The position numbers were made by a program, and so were the translations under genes. 64,000 nucleotides of DNA from assembly GCF_036321535.1 (NCBI RefSeq), contig NC_087447.1, positions 33,482,001 through 33,546,000 of the forward strand, written 5' to 3'. Shown piece by piece: positions 37,050-51,134 of this stretch. The notes below the pieces were generated by a model. That model did no database searches and had not been told where the DNA came from. It saw only the letters and a list, made by a program, of their open reading frames with translations. Each line of letters begins with the position of its first letter. Position 1 is the stretch's first letter. The stretch comes from Camelus dromedarius (lineage: Eukaryota).

Positions 37050-40000
37050 TATAAGAATTCCCAGATTTCATATCAAGATCCAGACCTCCAGTGAAAAATA
37101 AAAAAAACCTAGCAACAGGGCCCACATTCCGACAGGTAACAATGCAGTGAATGCCAGCACTGAGGAGATGCGGGGCACTGCGCCATGTCAAGCAGCTGGC
37201 TGAGTTCCCTTGCTCGTGCACCCATTCAGCAGTGACCTGGCTGACCCCCCATGCATCTGGGATTGCAGCCTCCCCCCAGCATGGCGCTAGTGTGTACTGG
37301 GACCACACAATCCATATACATCCAAGCCTCACACAAACCTTCCATTCCCTGCTCTCCTTGCTCCTTTCTGGCACCACAGATGCAGGTGCTGGGACCTGGG
37401 TAACAGGTATCACTGAGGTTTGCACCCTCTCAGCCCTTGGTGTGGCCAGAAAGAGCACTTTTGGTAAAAAACAAAACAAAACAAAAAAAAAAACAGCCTC
37501 TTGTCTTTTCCCCGGAGTGATGTACAAATATAGCCATTTTCCTCAGCTGCCGTGACGTGAAAAAGGCTGGGAAACACTGCCTTGTGTTGAAGCTGAATTT
37601 GGGATCAGAAGATCTGGGATCCACGATCAGTCCTGGCACATAACACCTGAGTATCAGGTCATTCAATGCCCTGAAACTCAAGCGCTCCTCCATTAAATGG
37701 TGACTCATATGACGATAATACTTATATCACAGGATCTGCATGATGAATACATGTAATCATCTACGTGAACAGTGTTTGAAAATGTCTGTCACCGTCACTT
37801 TCTTCCCCATCTGCGTGCCAGGGACAGGCGACACCATACAAGTTGGGCACGCATGGAGTCGATGTCAGGAAGGCTTTCTCTCACCAGTTTCCTTAAGTCA
37901 CTTACAATCCAGGAGTGTGAACAGGTGGCGAGGATCCAGGACGACGAAAATAAATCCTGAGGGAGGAAAGATCTCACACTGAATCCATAAATACTTTGGA
38001 CCAGTGCGGGGGAGGCCACACGCATAAGGATGGCGTGGGTTGAGAGGTGTCTCCGAATAAACGAGGAGCACCCAAGCCCTGGGGCAGTAAAGGGAAGCCC
38101 GTGGAAAAGCAGCATTTTTTTCTCATAAAGTTGACTTATCTCTTTTCCAAAGTGCCTCGGCTCACTTTGTCAAATTCATGATGGAAACCGAGAGCTCCTT
38201 CCCTAAACTCCTTGTTGCTGTCCCACAACATCAAGAGGGAGTAAGGTGTACTTTTAAGTGGGCTTTCCCTGCCACCGTACCCCCACGTCTCCCCACGTCC
38301 GGCAGACCACACAATCCAGCCCCCACCATCTATAAAAACAAAAAAATGAAAACCAAGGAGGCAATATTTTGATCAACCACAGAGTAATAATGTGAGCGTG
38401 ATACACGCAAAGACGCCTGTCAGCGTTTCTATTTATGTGTAACCACCCGGTAGCCCTCTCCTTAATTATGCTCTTATTCACTGGATGCCTAGAGTCCGTC
38501 GGTGTGGGTCGGGCTGTAATTGAGCCCAGGAGCCCCAGCCAGCACAGGGACGTGCCACACACCCCATCGTGCCGTGCAACTTTTTCAAATGAGCTATTGG
38601 AGAGATTTAAGAATTCTTCAGAAATGTCACAGTAATAACTGTTTTATCTTTTTCTATGCCACAATTATGATTTGGAGCTTTGCTTTTCTTATTTCACCCA
38701 GGCACACCACAACTCATGAATAAAATATGACAAGTTTGATAGCAGCCATCAGAGGGGGTTCATCCGTAACAGCAGACGTGCTCTGTGTACAAAGAGCTTT
38801 TGTATTCCAACAGCCTTTGTTTCTGGGACGGGCTTTTATCTCAAAGAAGGACCACATGACTTCTCCCCTCTTCCCCGTCTCCCTCCCACCACCCCACAAT
38901 TCCTGCCTTCAGCACAGCACCTGAAACCGTGTTTACTTTGTCTCTTAACAAGGATATTTCTAAACAATTATGGAACAAATCAAAAACCAAAGGGTACTCT
39001 GCTTGCTGTGAAACTGACTTGAAATAACACATCAAACAAAAGAGACACAATCAGAACCGCAGACTAGTGGAAAAAGTATGTGACTTTACATCTTAAAAAT
39101 CATTCAGGTGATTGCACCCACCTGGCAAGATACTGAAAGCACCCGCAAGGTTCTCTTTCGAGAAGTTTCCTCTTCCCAGCAAAGACTGCCAGGATGCTCC
39201 AAAATTCAGGCTCTGGTCAGCCTTTCAAAGAAACAAATGCGAAAAAGAAAGGAAAGGAATTTGCACAACCATCAGCATTTATCACAAAGCCCCGGAGATG
39301 TCAGACTTCAAGTTTCGAGGGTTCATTTTTTAAAGCGTATCTCTGAGCATCTTGTTCTACCACACATATAAAACCAGCTGGCTTCCAAGTTTCCTTCCAA
39401 ATACATTTTCCCCCCAGAGTTTGTTTCAAAATATGTAAGAGCAAAAAGACAGTTTAAAGTCACTGCTTGCCTAGAACTTGAAAAACCGAGATTTCGACCT
39501 CCTGGTGGAGCAGTTTGCCAAACTTCCAAACTTGTGGGTTTGTCTGTGGAGCTTGACAAACAAGTCTAAGATGAAACTGAGGCTAGAAAACATTTCTAAC
39601 GCTCCTCAAGAAAACGAAACCTGGCATCATCAGGAAAACCAGAATGCCAAAGCTTCCGCATACGTTGTTTTCCTGTGTATACTGTGCAGATCAGAATTAT
39701 TCTGCAAAATTGCAAAGTCTTATTTTTTTTGCATCTTCGCCCAGATACTCCAAGACACGAGGTGGTTTTGAATTGTGATTTCTGATACCCACCAGAACCA
39801 GTCGGAAGCCCAGTGAATGGCTATTACATTGAGACTGTGGTTTCTGAGGAGATGAGTTTAGTCACAGTTTTTCACCTTATGCCATGTTGCATTAAACGCA
39901 CTTCGCCATCAAGTGACACTTCATGACCTCAGGGAACACAAAGGTGGTTAGGTGCAATTGACAAATACAGTTCTTCCAACACGGCTCCACCACATACACA

Positions 40001-41319
40001 CATACACATAAGCCAGACACGCTTGCAGTGTGGACAGCAAGGTGAGTCTGAATCTTGGGTAGATAAATAAGGCAGCAGCTTGAACACTCATGAGAAAGAG
40101 CTCCTTTTTATCCCCTCAGGACAGCACTCAGTAGCAGTGTTTGGCACTCCAAGGAGATGCCCATTTGGAGGTTGGCCTGAACCTTCCTTCCTTCGGATCT
40201 GGTATTTCAAAGAGGCTAAATAAGGCCTGGGAATCTGGCAGCAGCATTTAAATCTTTAAGACACTGTCAAGTGAGATGAGACACCAAAGTTCAGGTTTAG
40301 GGGCAAAAAGAAACTAAGAAGAAAGATAAAAGATGACCAAACCAGCCACATGTATACCAACAGCAACAGTGCCTAAAAACAAGATCTCTCGGGATTTCAA
40401 GTCCAAGGAGCCCAAGGGGCAAATCTCAAGGTCTTGTCTGGTGGCTCTGGGAGCTGACTTCCATCCCCATGGGCCCCCATCGATCCCTCTCTCCTCCATT
40501 GGCTGGCTGTTCCCTCCCACTCTCCACCTCCCTTCTTCTCCCACCCCAGCCTGTGAGGGCACATAAAGGCCAACACGCACTAGATCTACTTAACACTCAT
40601 TGGGTCAAGTCTAGGGACTTGTGAGCTAGGACATGAGACTAATCTGCATGTGTGCCAACACCAGCGTGTACCCACGTGTTTCCAGAGTTCTCCAAACACA
40701 ACCCTAAATGCAGCTGATCAGGGGCATCCTAGGAACATCCTGAGAAGCAGAGATTTAAACTGGCCACACTAGTCAAGTCAACCAAAAGGCTGAGTCAAAC
40801 ACACTTAAGAACATTACAGCTACGTGTACACCAGGCTAAACCTTTCATGATGGTACAGGAGATACTGGAATTTCTCAACTCTCGCATTAAACCCCCTCTT
40901 TCATCTGTGTAAGAAGACATGATGGCTGACCGAATGGAGGCCCAGGTGCTGTAAGTACAGGCAAGCTCCCTCCCCGTCCCAAACCACAGAACCGCTGTGC
41001 ATCCTGTCTCTTTGCTACACACATGAAAACCCTTTTTACCATGCATACACATCAGTAACACTTAGATGCTGGTGTTGGCAAATGGTAATTAGATTTGCCC
41101 CAGAAAAGGGAAAGCTTGGGAAAATGAGTTAGATTGTTTGTTGTTTTGTTTTGTTTTGTTTTTTCCCTTAACAAATGAAGTCATTTAAAAAAAAAAAAAA
41201 GAAGTATTGAATACTTTAAGGTCTGCTGTTGCGTTTCATTACTGTTGAACAGGATGAAAATGTCACGTCAATTTACAAGATTTGAACTTAAAACTTGGCC
41301 TGAGACCCTGTCCTATGAA

Positions 41320-41828
41320 GGTTGTCAGTGGCTAGGAGGTGGGAGAAATGGAGAGATGTTGATCAAAGGATATAAACTTCCAGACATGCGATGATACTAA
41401 GTTCTAGACGTCTAATGTACAGCATGGTGACTATAGTTAACAACACTGTATTATATACCTGAAAGGGGCTGAGATATAATTGGCATGTTTCAGGTGTATC
41501 ACATAATGATTTGATATTTATATATATTGTGAAATGATCACTGCAAAAAAAATCCATCACCATACATAGTTATACATTTTTTCTCGTGATGAGAACTTTT
41601 AAGATCTGTTTGCTAAGAGGTATCTTAAATGTTCTCACCACGTACACACGCACCCACACACACACACACACAAATGGTAATTATGTGAGGTAATGAGTAC
41701 TAACTAACCTTGTTAGTTATGGCACTTGTGATAATCATTTCAGAATATACGCATATATCAAATGATCACAATGTACACCTTAAACTTACACAATGTTACA
41801 TATTAATTGTATCTCAATAAAGTTGGAG
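41320..41828 (+). mobile_element. L1MA-type 3' UTR containing an inverted L1 3' fragment (41466-41608) and a (CA)n tract
   Basis: atgtacagcatggtgactatagttaacaacactgtatt...cctgaaag | minus-strand L1 3' end | ttgctaagag..tatcttaaatgttctcaccac...tatctcaataaag. Confidence 0.85.
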
Positions 41829-41994
41829 AAGGAGAACAAGCCATTAGCAGCATTAAGTAAGAGCATCAGTGCCAAGGCATCTCAGTGTGGGCTTCCTGCA
41901 TGAGGACCAGGGATCCTGCAAACCTGAGGCTATAGGCCAGCCCTGTAGGGGAGCACTGAGCTGAAGCTCTATGGAAAATTACAAGCAGCAAATA

Positions 41995-42327
41995 CAGTTG
42001 TCCCTTGGTCATAAGGGGTTGGTCAGATACCAAAACCAGTGGATGCTTCAGTCCCTCATATAAAGTAGCATGGTATTTGCAGATAACCTACACACATCTT
42101 CCTATATACTTTAAATCATCTCTAGATTACTCATAAGACCTAACACAATGTAAATGCTGTGTCGATAGTTGTAAATACAATGTAAACACTATGTAAATAG
42201 TTGCCAGAGCACAAAATTCAAGTTTTGCTTTTTGGAACTCTCTGGAACTTTTTTCCTTCCTGAATGTTTTCGATATGTGGTTGGTTCAATCTACAGATAC
42301 AAAACCTGTGAAACAGAGGGCCAACTG
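41995..42327. mobile_element. Tigger-family MITE (MER2B-like)
   Basis: TIRs cagttgtccct...agggccaactg, TA on both sides, 333 bp, internal atactttaaatcatctctagattact. Confidence 0.88.
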
Positions 42328-42634
42328 TACTGAAACACTCTTAAATTCTGAATATGAGGCTCATGAAGGGAGGCAGGTTAAAGAGCTGAGCTGAAAGGCA
42401 ACGTGAGACACAAGTAGGTAAAGCAAGGGGGACGGAGGTGGAAGAAGACAGCGTTTGTCAGGCAGATCCACGTCTGAGCCCCAGCTATGCTGCTTACCAG
42501 CCCAAGACGTTTCTGAGTCTCAAGTTCCCCACTTGTAACATAAGGGCAAAACTCCCCACCTTCAAGATTACATAGAAAATAGGAAAGCAAAAGAGTGTAC
42601 TCACAGATTCTCACTGAGAGAAGGGTCCCTAAAA

Positions 42635-42728
42635 CAGTGGTCCTTAACCGGGGTGATTTTGCCCCCAGGAAACATTTGGTAACGTCTGCAGACGCTGTTG
42701 GTTGTCACAACTAGGAGGTACTATGGCA
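42635..42728 (+). mobile_element. MER20 fragment (hAT-Charlie)
   Basis: cagtggtccttaaccggggtgattttgcccccaggaaacatttggtaacgtctgcagac..tgttggttgtcacaact. Confidence 0.85.
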
Positions 42729-43136
42729 AATTTTGTTGTATCTATTTTATCACAGCAAAAAAAAAAAAAAAAAAGGATAAAAAAGTGGATGGAAAGAAAA
42801 TGAAGCCAGGGAAGAGAGAAAGGGGCAGGAGGGGAGGGGGATAGGAAAGAATTACAGAGAAAAAAAAAGTTGGAAGAGAAAGGATGGATTGAAAGCTGGG
42901 CTGTCCTTCCCCAACACACAGCTCTACCACCACCACCGTTGCTAAAGTCCCTTCTCTTCCAGTCTAAAGAGTCTAGTCTAAATATTCTCCCACATCTTAA
43001 TCACTTGGCTTTTATATATCTCATCCTGGTCCATCCCAGTCCTTGGAACTTAACCCAGTTTGTGAATTTTCCTCATAAAATGGTGAGCACCCAGAACAGA
43101 ACTTAAGTGCCACACACATGCAGCGCAGAGTCCAGC

Positions 43137-43345
43137 GCCGTGTTCTTAACTGGGGCACTTTTGTCCCCCTCCTCCAGGGATATTTGCCAACACCTGGAGA
43201 TATTTTGAGTTGTCACGTTGGGGGAGGGTAGGGGGGCTGCTACTGGCACTGAGGCATTGAGTGGGTGGAGGACAGGCATGCTGCTAATGCACAAACACAA
43301 GAAGCCCACCTCCCCCCAAAAATTAGCTGGTCCAAAATCACCCTG
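43137..43345 (+). mobile_element. MER20 (hAT-Charlie)
   Basis: ttcttaactggggcacttttgtcccc...ggagatattttgagttgtcac...gctgctactggca...aattagctggtccaaaat. Confidence 0.8.
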
Positions 43346-44559
43346 CTCAGTGGAACTGTTACCACCCATGATCTGAACGTTACATTCCTATTAACGTGGC
43401 TTCAGATTGATGACGTAAGTTCATCTGTCTCAACTGAACTTGAACCAGTTAGAAACCCCAGGTCTTTTTCACATGAACTGCTCTCAGGACAGGCTTGTTC
43501 ATATGCAGCTGAACCCTAATCCCTATGAAATTCCATCCTGTCAGTTTTGGTTCCTGGTTCTCACCCACAGGGATCCTGAGAGCCTTGATCCTGACATTTA
43601 GTGGAGGAGTTATTTCTCCCAGCTCTTCAGCACCCCCAGCAAGAGCTCCAGAACAGGGGACTTAAACAGGTTTGGGATTCGTTGGGGGTGGGTGAAGGAG
43701 GGTTTGATTTTCTTGCTGGTTTGCAGCATCCTTCTCCACTGCTTTCCCGCCTGCTTCCCTGAAGATGCTCAGGGCCTTTGCCTGAGCATCCCAGGTGAGA
43801 GCAGCCCCCTGGGTGACAGCGCCCAACTCCCCCATGATCACTCCTGAGTCCCCCATTTTCCTTCCTGCACATCTGACTGCCAGGTACCACAAAGTTTCCT
43901 CCCTGCCGTGTGGGGAAAAGAAGGCAGCAGAATCAGCTGAAGCGTGTCAGGCCAGAGATGTGCGTGTAGGTGACCTGTGGGTTGGGGATTTGCTTCCCAG
44001 TCCCTCTTGGTATAATGCAAAGCATCTGAATTGAGTGAAATAGCATTGCGAGTGACAGTCCTTCATTTTTGTCAGCAGAGCTATGTGAATCTGAATTTGC
44101 CACCACCTAAAAAAAAAAATCAAGCCCACAGGCTAACATTAAAGCTCTATGTGTGAGGCACTGCCAAATATACATCTCCAAAATGACAGATCTATAGAGA
44201 GAAAATCTAAACAGAAATTAGATTTGTTGTCATTTTGAAAACTGAATTTTCATGTGGCAATTGTTTGTGTTATACCCATTATAGTATTTTCTTTTAATGT
44301 CTGTATAAGGCAGACAATTGTCCTTTTGGGGGGAAAGCTATCTTTTTGATGAGATCATGTCCTTCCTCCTTTTTTTTGATATTAAAAATACCTTTTCTTA
44401 GTAAAATATTGGTGAAATGAACAGATGATAGTTAATATATTCGCATCCTTATCTGGCAAAAATAAAAAGTTGAAGGTCCTGCATCATTTCCTAAATTTTT
44501 TCTGCTTGTGAAACCCAAACATCCAGAAGCCATTGACCTAAACGTTTGGTCAGTACAAC

Positions 44560-44812
44560 TATGATGTCTTGATCCAAGTTACCGATGAAAATGTCAACCC
44601 AGAAAGGATTAGGTACAAAATCAGACAGCATGGCCCTGAAGACCACCCCTCAGACCAACGTCAATTCATGAATCAACACTTCTAGGATATGTTTGTTCAG
44701 CTGAATATAAATCCACCTAACTGTATTATCAGCGAGCTCACATTTAACCATGGCGCCCAGAGAGCATCCTGAGAGATCGTGCTAACGGCCCCGCTGGAAT
44801 CAAAGTGCACTG
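44560..44812 (-). mobile_element. CR1/L3 LINE, RT-region relic
   Basis: gatccaagttaccgatgaaaatgt...aatcaacact...aatccacctaactgtattatc..cgagctcacattt...ctgagaga matches the L3 RT region on minus. Confidence 0.7.
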
Positions 44813-44829
44813 GTCTGCGGGATAAAAAT

Positions 44830-45405
44830 GGATGAACTGGCTGAGAACCCAGTTCCTGCTCATTATGCACTTCCCCACCTTTTGGTAACTATACCATGGT
44901 TTTTGTTCCGAGAACCATCACTCACCTACTTTCAGTCTCCTGGGTTCAGGTGTTGACTCCACAACCTGGACTCCATGGGGAGATACGTGATCCAAGTCTG
45001 GCCAATCAGCATCATCTAATCTTCTGAGCACAGCATTTGGCTCAGGGTTGGGTATATAACCAAATGACAGTCCAATAAGACATCGTTCCAAAGTTTATGT
45101 TTCACTTATTGACAAAAAAAGAGGCATCTTTCCATTGACACTCCAGAGAGAATATGATAGAAGCCTGGATGCTAGGGGTCATCTTGCTCCCCAGGGAAGC
45201 AGCCTGCCTAAATACAACCAGCCCAAAACAGCAGGGCTAACAAATGGAGAGAAAGTAGGATGAAGTCATGGTGACATCATTAGAGAACCTTAAGGTACTC
45301 AAGCCACTTCTAGCCCTAACTTTGGTTATATGAGTCGATTAAATTTCTCCTTTTTACTTAAGCCATTCTAGTTGCCTATTGATCTAGTGCAAGTAAAAGA
45401 ATTTC
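44830..45405 (+). mobile_element. MaLR LTR (MLT1K-like)
   Basis: cgtgatccaagtctggccaatcagc...gtcatcttg...atatgagtcgattaaatttctccttttt.cttaagccatt...tgcaagtaaaaga. Confidence 0.7.
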
Positions 45406-45829
45406 GTTAGTTTATATGATTATTTTTAAAATATGAGTTTGACAAGTCCTATCGTTAATCACACAAACATTCAGTGTGTGCCTTCATAGTTCAGGGCACC
45501 GTGCTAAACACAGGGATAAAACAGAATAAACTGGGTTCTCACTCTTAAAGAGGTAGTTTAGTTAAGAAGACAGAAAGCTAAAGACACAAATTACAAGAAA
45601 ATACGTGGTCAGGGACAGAACCAAGTATAATTAATGCAGAAGCACACAGACCAAACTGAACCGACTCTGCCTTTCAGGGTCCAAGAAGCCATCAGAGAAA
45701 AATGACATTTGAATGGATTCTTAAACCAGCTCCAAGGGAGTCAACAGTTTCTCTTCTAATGTTCCCATCTGTTTAATTAAGAAAGAAATCTAGAAATGTG
45801 CCAGGAAGAGATATTAAGATCACTAGGCT

Positions 45830-46200
45830 ATGCCTTCTGGAACTCATAATTTCCCCTTTAAAAACAATTTAGTGAGAAGGATATTTATCCAGCCCTTCAT
45901 CACCTCTCTCATTTTCCATGATTTCCCTAAGATTTCAGGGCACAAGTTGGAAGATCAAAACTCAGTCCGTCCTATTTCTCTGGATGAGATCCATCTGAGC
46001 CTCAGGGCCAGAACTTGTTTAAAGCATTTTGAAGCCCTCTTACCATTTTATAAGTAAACTGGGCTTAAATTTCCTGTTTGCTCCACGCCATCCCATATTA
46101 AGATTATTCTTCTAGAAGGAAAGATTGTGCCAAATGAAAGTATTTCTGCATCATCTGTTATAATTTCATACCTAATGTTCCAAGTATGGTGCCCATTCCT
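45830..46200 (-). mobile_element. CR1/L3 relic, probable continuation of 44560-44812
   Basis: ctctctcattttccatgatttccctaagatt...ctctggatgagatccatctgagcct...gaacttgtttaaagca. Confidence 0.5.
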
Positions 46201-46489
46201 ACGTCTTTCTTCTACTTCTTCCAAAGTTAATGGTAAGATTTTAAAACCATGGTAATTTCTGATAGATGAGACATATCTGAAATTTTCTGTAAAGGACAAT
46301 AGTTTGGGCAAAGAATAATTTTGTGGTCTCACCAGTTATAAACTTATTAATAAAATTCTCAAAGAAGAGGTGGTTTTTCTTCACCATTTGCACAAGAGAT
46401 GTTTATAAATTTCTGCCCTCCCACAGCTCCTGCTGTTGCAATGGGTACTCCCAAAGCCAACTAAAGCTAGAGTTGGCACCAGGTCATCT

Positions 46490-48735
46490 CAGCAGATGCA
46501 GGAAAAGCACCTGATGAAAATTCAACAACTTTCAGGATGACAGGGTGAGAAAAAACTCTTAATAAGTAGATCCTAAAAGTTCTAATCATAAGGGTAAAAA
46601 AAGGCAACTGTGCATGGTGGCAGATGTTAACTAGACTTGCTGTGATGATCATTTCTCAAAACACACAAATACTGAATCATTATGTTATACAAAAGAAACT
46701 AATATGTCGTATGTCAAATATACTTCAATCAAAAAAACAACTCTTAGCAACTAGGAATAGATGACAACCTCCTCATTTTGATATAGAGCATGTACCCCAA
46801 AAAAGCCAACAGGTAACATCACATTTAATGGTAAAACTCTGAATGCTTTCCCTCTAAGATAAGGACAAAAATGCTCTGCGTCACTTCTGTTCAGCATTGT
46901 ACTAGAAGTTCTAATCAGTAGTGTAATAAGGCAAGGAAAGAAATCAAAGACAAAAGATTGGAAAGAAATAAGTAAAACTGCCGTCATTAACAGATGACAT
47001 CACTCTACATGGAGAAAACCTCATGGAACACGTGAAAGAAAAAAAAAAAAACTACCACAACAAGTAAGTGGATCTAGCAAGGTCTCAAGATAAATCATCA
47101 ATATATAAAAGTTAATTGCTATTCTAAAGAATAGCAAAAATTAAAAATAAAAGTTAAATGGTATTACATTTAAAACAACTTTTAAAAATCTAACATCAAA
47201 TATTATATCCAACGAAAAATGTGCAACACCTATACAATGAAAACTACAAAACAATGCTGAGAGATATTTTTAAAAATCTAAATTGATGGAGCTATATATA
47301 ATGTTCATAGGTTGACTCGTGGTAAACTCAGTATTTTTAAGATGTACATTATCACAAAATGATATGTAGATTTAATACAATCCACATCAAAATCCCAGTA
47401 GAATTTTTTTCAAGACATTGAAAAGCTAATGCTAAAATGTCAATTAAAATTTAAAGGATCTAGGGTTATCAAGCAATCATGAGGAAAAAAAGACCAAATC
47501 TGCAATTACTATACTATTTGATTTCAAGACTTACTATAAAGCTGCATCAATCAAAAGAGTATGGTATTAGTGTTAAGAATAAAACTATAGATTAGTGGAA
47601 CAAATGGAAAGTGCAGTCACATGATTTTTTACAGTCACCAAATCAATGAAATAGGAAAAGAAAGGTCTTTTTAACAAGTAGTGCCAGAACATCTGGGTAT
47701 CTGTATTTAAAAAAAATGAATTTCAACTTTTATCTCACACCACACACACACAAAAATTAATTCAAGATGCATTACAGACCTAAACATAAAAGACAGAACC
47801 ATAAAGTTTCTAGAAGATAAAATTTCTTCACAACCTTATAGAGTAGGCAAAGATTTCTTAGAAAAGATACAAAAAGGTGAACCACAGAAGAAAAAATGTA
47901 TGTATGACTTCATCAAAATTTTAAATTTCTGCTCATGAAAACACCAGTAGAATATGAATAGACATACCAGAGATTGGGAGAAAATATTTGCAATGCATAT
48001 ATCTGACAAAAAGCTTGTAGCCAGCATATGTAAAGAGGTCCTACAAGTCAATAATTTTAAAAAACAGTAATGAGTAAAAGATTATAAGAGACCCTTCACA
48101 AAGAATATATAGGAATGGGAAAATACACACGCACACATAAAAAGATTCTCAACATCATTAGTCATCAGAGAAATGCAAATTAAAACCACAATGAGATACT
48201 ACTAAATACACATTAGAATGACTAAAATTAAAGGGAATAACAATATCAAATATTCGCAAGGACATAGAGCACCTGAACTTCATTGATGGGATGGTAAAAT
48301 GAACAACCACTTTGGCGAACTCTTTGGTAGTTTCCTATAAAGTTATACTGACTCTCTGACCCAGAAAGTCCACCCCGAGATATTTACCTTAAAGAAATTA
48401 AAATATACTAATACAGTGGAAGACTAATTGGCAACAAAAAAAATGAACCACTGATACATACAACGACATGGCTGAATCTCAAAAATACTATGTTGAGCAA
48501 AACGAAACCAGATAGAAAAAGTGTATACAGTGTGATTCTATGTGTCTAAAGTCCAAAGACAGGCAAAGCTAAGCAGCTGATGGGGGCAGGAGAAGGGGTT
48601 GCAGTGACGGAAATGTTCTCTATCTTGTTTCGGGGGTGATGATTTTATGGGTATATACAATTGCAAAAACTCATCAAACTAAATTAAAATCTGCTCATTT
48701 ATTATATGTTAATTACATCTTAATTTACAAAAGGG
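46490..48735 (+). mobile_element. Old L1: ORF2 3' half plus 3' UTR, degenerate
   Basis: ctgaatgctttccctctaagat, cagatgacat, gatttcaagacttactataaagc, tcatcagagaaatgcaaattaaaaccacaatgagatac, then 3' UTR. Confidence 0.88.
46566..46738 (+). mobile_element. L1MA-type 3' stub nested in the older L1
   Basis: gtagatcctaaaagttct...gatgttaactagactt...tacttcaatcaaaaaa, flanked by a degenerate TSD aactcttaataa / aactcttagcaa. Confidence 0.75.
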
Positions 48736-50004
48736 AGAAAAAACTAACACAGGAAGCCTGGATTTTTTCGCTCTATTCCAAAGATGCTAATAATTTCCTG
48801 CCAACCATAGTCCCTGATGTTCACTGTAGCATGTGACATCCAGTTTCTCCCATTCCTGCTCCCAGAGCTAACTAATCCAAGAACTGTCTCTCAACCAAGG
48901 TCAGACATCCATGGAGCAGCTGAATCACATAGCTGTTTTAGATTATTTGTAATTATTTAATGTCTGTCTCTATACAACATTGCCTGGAATATAACAGGCC
49001 CTCAGTAAATAAATGTCAAATAAAAGATGGATGGATGGATGATAGAATACACTCAAGGATTATCTGGTCCAATCCTTTCCATGAGTACAAAAAAAAGAGA
49101 GACACCTAGGGAAGTTAAGCAATTCACACAGCCAATGGCAGAGCTCACACTGAGACACGGATCTCCCCACTGATAACAAGGGACACACCAAAGGAGATAT
49201 GTTCTCGCCTGCTGCTGTATATTGTGGTACTTACATATAATGCCTGGAAACATGGCCACCATCTTACAAGCATGAGGAAAGCAAAACCAACATGATGGGA
49301 ATGGGAGAAGAAAAAGATGGGGGAAAAAAACTTTGGTTTTTGCTGATGTCACAGAACTATTGAATCCAGAGCTTCCCTTCTTGAGGACTTCTTGTTACAT
49401 GACGTAATAAGTAAGGCTTCATTATTACTTAAGCCAGATGAGTATAAGCTATCATTTACTTGCAGGCAAAATATCCAAAACTTACACAAAAGCATGAGGA
49501 AATAGGAGGCATTCAAGAAGCTGGAACGGCAATGTGGCTGGAGTGCAGAGAGCAAAGAGGAGGTTGGGCATGTAGACGAGGTCATACCACACGTCCCAAG
49601 GGCAACGGGAAGTCATGGAAGGAATACTGGTGTTCTAACTCCACTGTGGGTAGGCAGGAGGAAGGAAACTTTGGCCGTGGAATGAAGGCTTTGCATGGAG
49701 ATTATGTTATAGTCTTAACCTTGGTACAAGCTCAACCCTCTTTGGCTATGACAAGGGTAAGGAGAACCGCTGGTGCTTAGCAGCCTGACCGGTCAGGAAA
49801 GTCACTAAGAGCATAAACCTCACCACCTCCCAGACCCGCCTTTCCTTCACACAGCGAGGCCAACAGACGGGCCAGGCGAGGGCATGTGGGTTACTGACGT
49901 GCAGGTCCCAACTACACAAGCAAGAGAAACCACACATAGCTTCCAGGATCAAGAAGGTCTGAAGCTCAAAATCTTGGCTTCTTCTCTAATTTCCAGATCA
50001 CTCT

Positions 50005-50222
50005 CTTTTTTTACTGAAGTAGAGTTGATTTACAGTGTTGTGTTAATTTCTGGTGTACAGCATAATAATTCGGTTTATATATATATATATTCCTATTCCA
50101 TATTCTTTTCCATTCCTTTATAGGTTATACAAGGTATTGAATATAGTTCCTTGTGCTATACAGTAGGACCTTGTTGTTTATCTATTTTATATATAATAGT
50201 ACCTGCAAATCCCAAACTCTTA
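50005..50222 (-). mobile_element. L1 3' UTR fragment
   Basis: ttttttactgaagtagagttgatttacagtgttgtgttaatttctggtgtacagc...gtgctatacagtaggaccttgttgtttatct. Confidence 0.88.
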
Positions 50223-51134
50223 TCTGTGTATGATCATAGGATCTCAGGCATTGTCCTCTGCATACACGCCTTCCAAATTCCATCTCAAATCCTTCCTCTC
50301 TTTTAAATGAGAAGATGCCAAACCAAAGAGCTCTTCCTTTCTGTCACACATGAACTTCCTAGTATCTCACTGACTGAGACAAGTTCTTCTTGCTGAATCA
50401 ATCAATCAATGTCTATATCGCTTATTTCAAAAGATTCAAAACATTCTATTTCTACTAATAAAACATATCATACAAAATATTCCCAAACATGCATGACCAC
50501 ATAAGTATAGCATTTCATACACAGAATCTCAGAGCTGGTACATTTCCCACATAGACTGCTTAACATTTTTCCACTATTTAAATGTATTCAATTGCACTCC
50601 TGGTCAGCACTATCCATCACTCTGAGACAGTATTCAGTTGTCCCACAAAATTATGATTATGTGTGCCAGGTGTTTCATAAGAAAGAAGTCAAGCGTTATC
50701 ATTGTAAACAAGACACGTCTCTGTGCCCAAGGAGAGCAGACCAACAGTCAGCTAACTCCAGAGTCCTCACTGGAGGCTTCCTCAGGAGGCAAAGAAACTG
50801 AGAGGTTTTTATCAGCCTCCAATGGTGTGAGCATGGTGTTGAACTGCAGTCATGGGTCAAAGTCTTTTCAAGGTCTTTCCAGCTTTCAGAGCACGTCATG
50901 CGCAGCACCGTGGAAGCTGCGTGGCTTACATGTCTTGGATTTCCATTTACAAACCACCACAGAGAAGTAATTAATTGCTTAAAAAAAAAAATGGTGAGTG
51001 GATCAAGAAAACAGGTCTAAAAATGATCTAGGATACATCAGGTAAATAAAATTTCACCTTCTTTGAAAGTCCCACTCTGCAAACATGTAGAATCAGAAAA
51101 GGGTAACGCCTCATACAACTCTAAATAATCCTCA

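Noticed and set aside
39495..39508. CTCF-like motif CCACCAGGAGGTCG on minus
   Set aside because: Mismatch at the conserved GGC end; cannot be supported without a PWM score or ChIP data.
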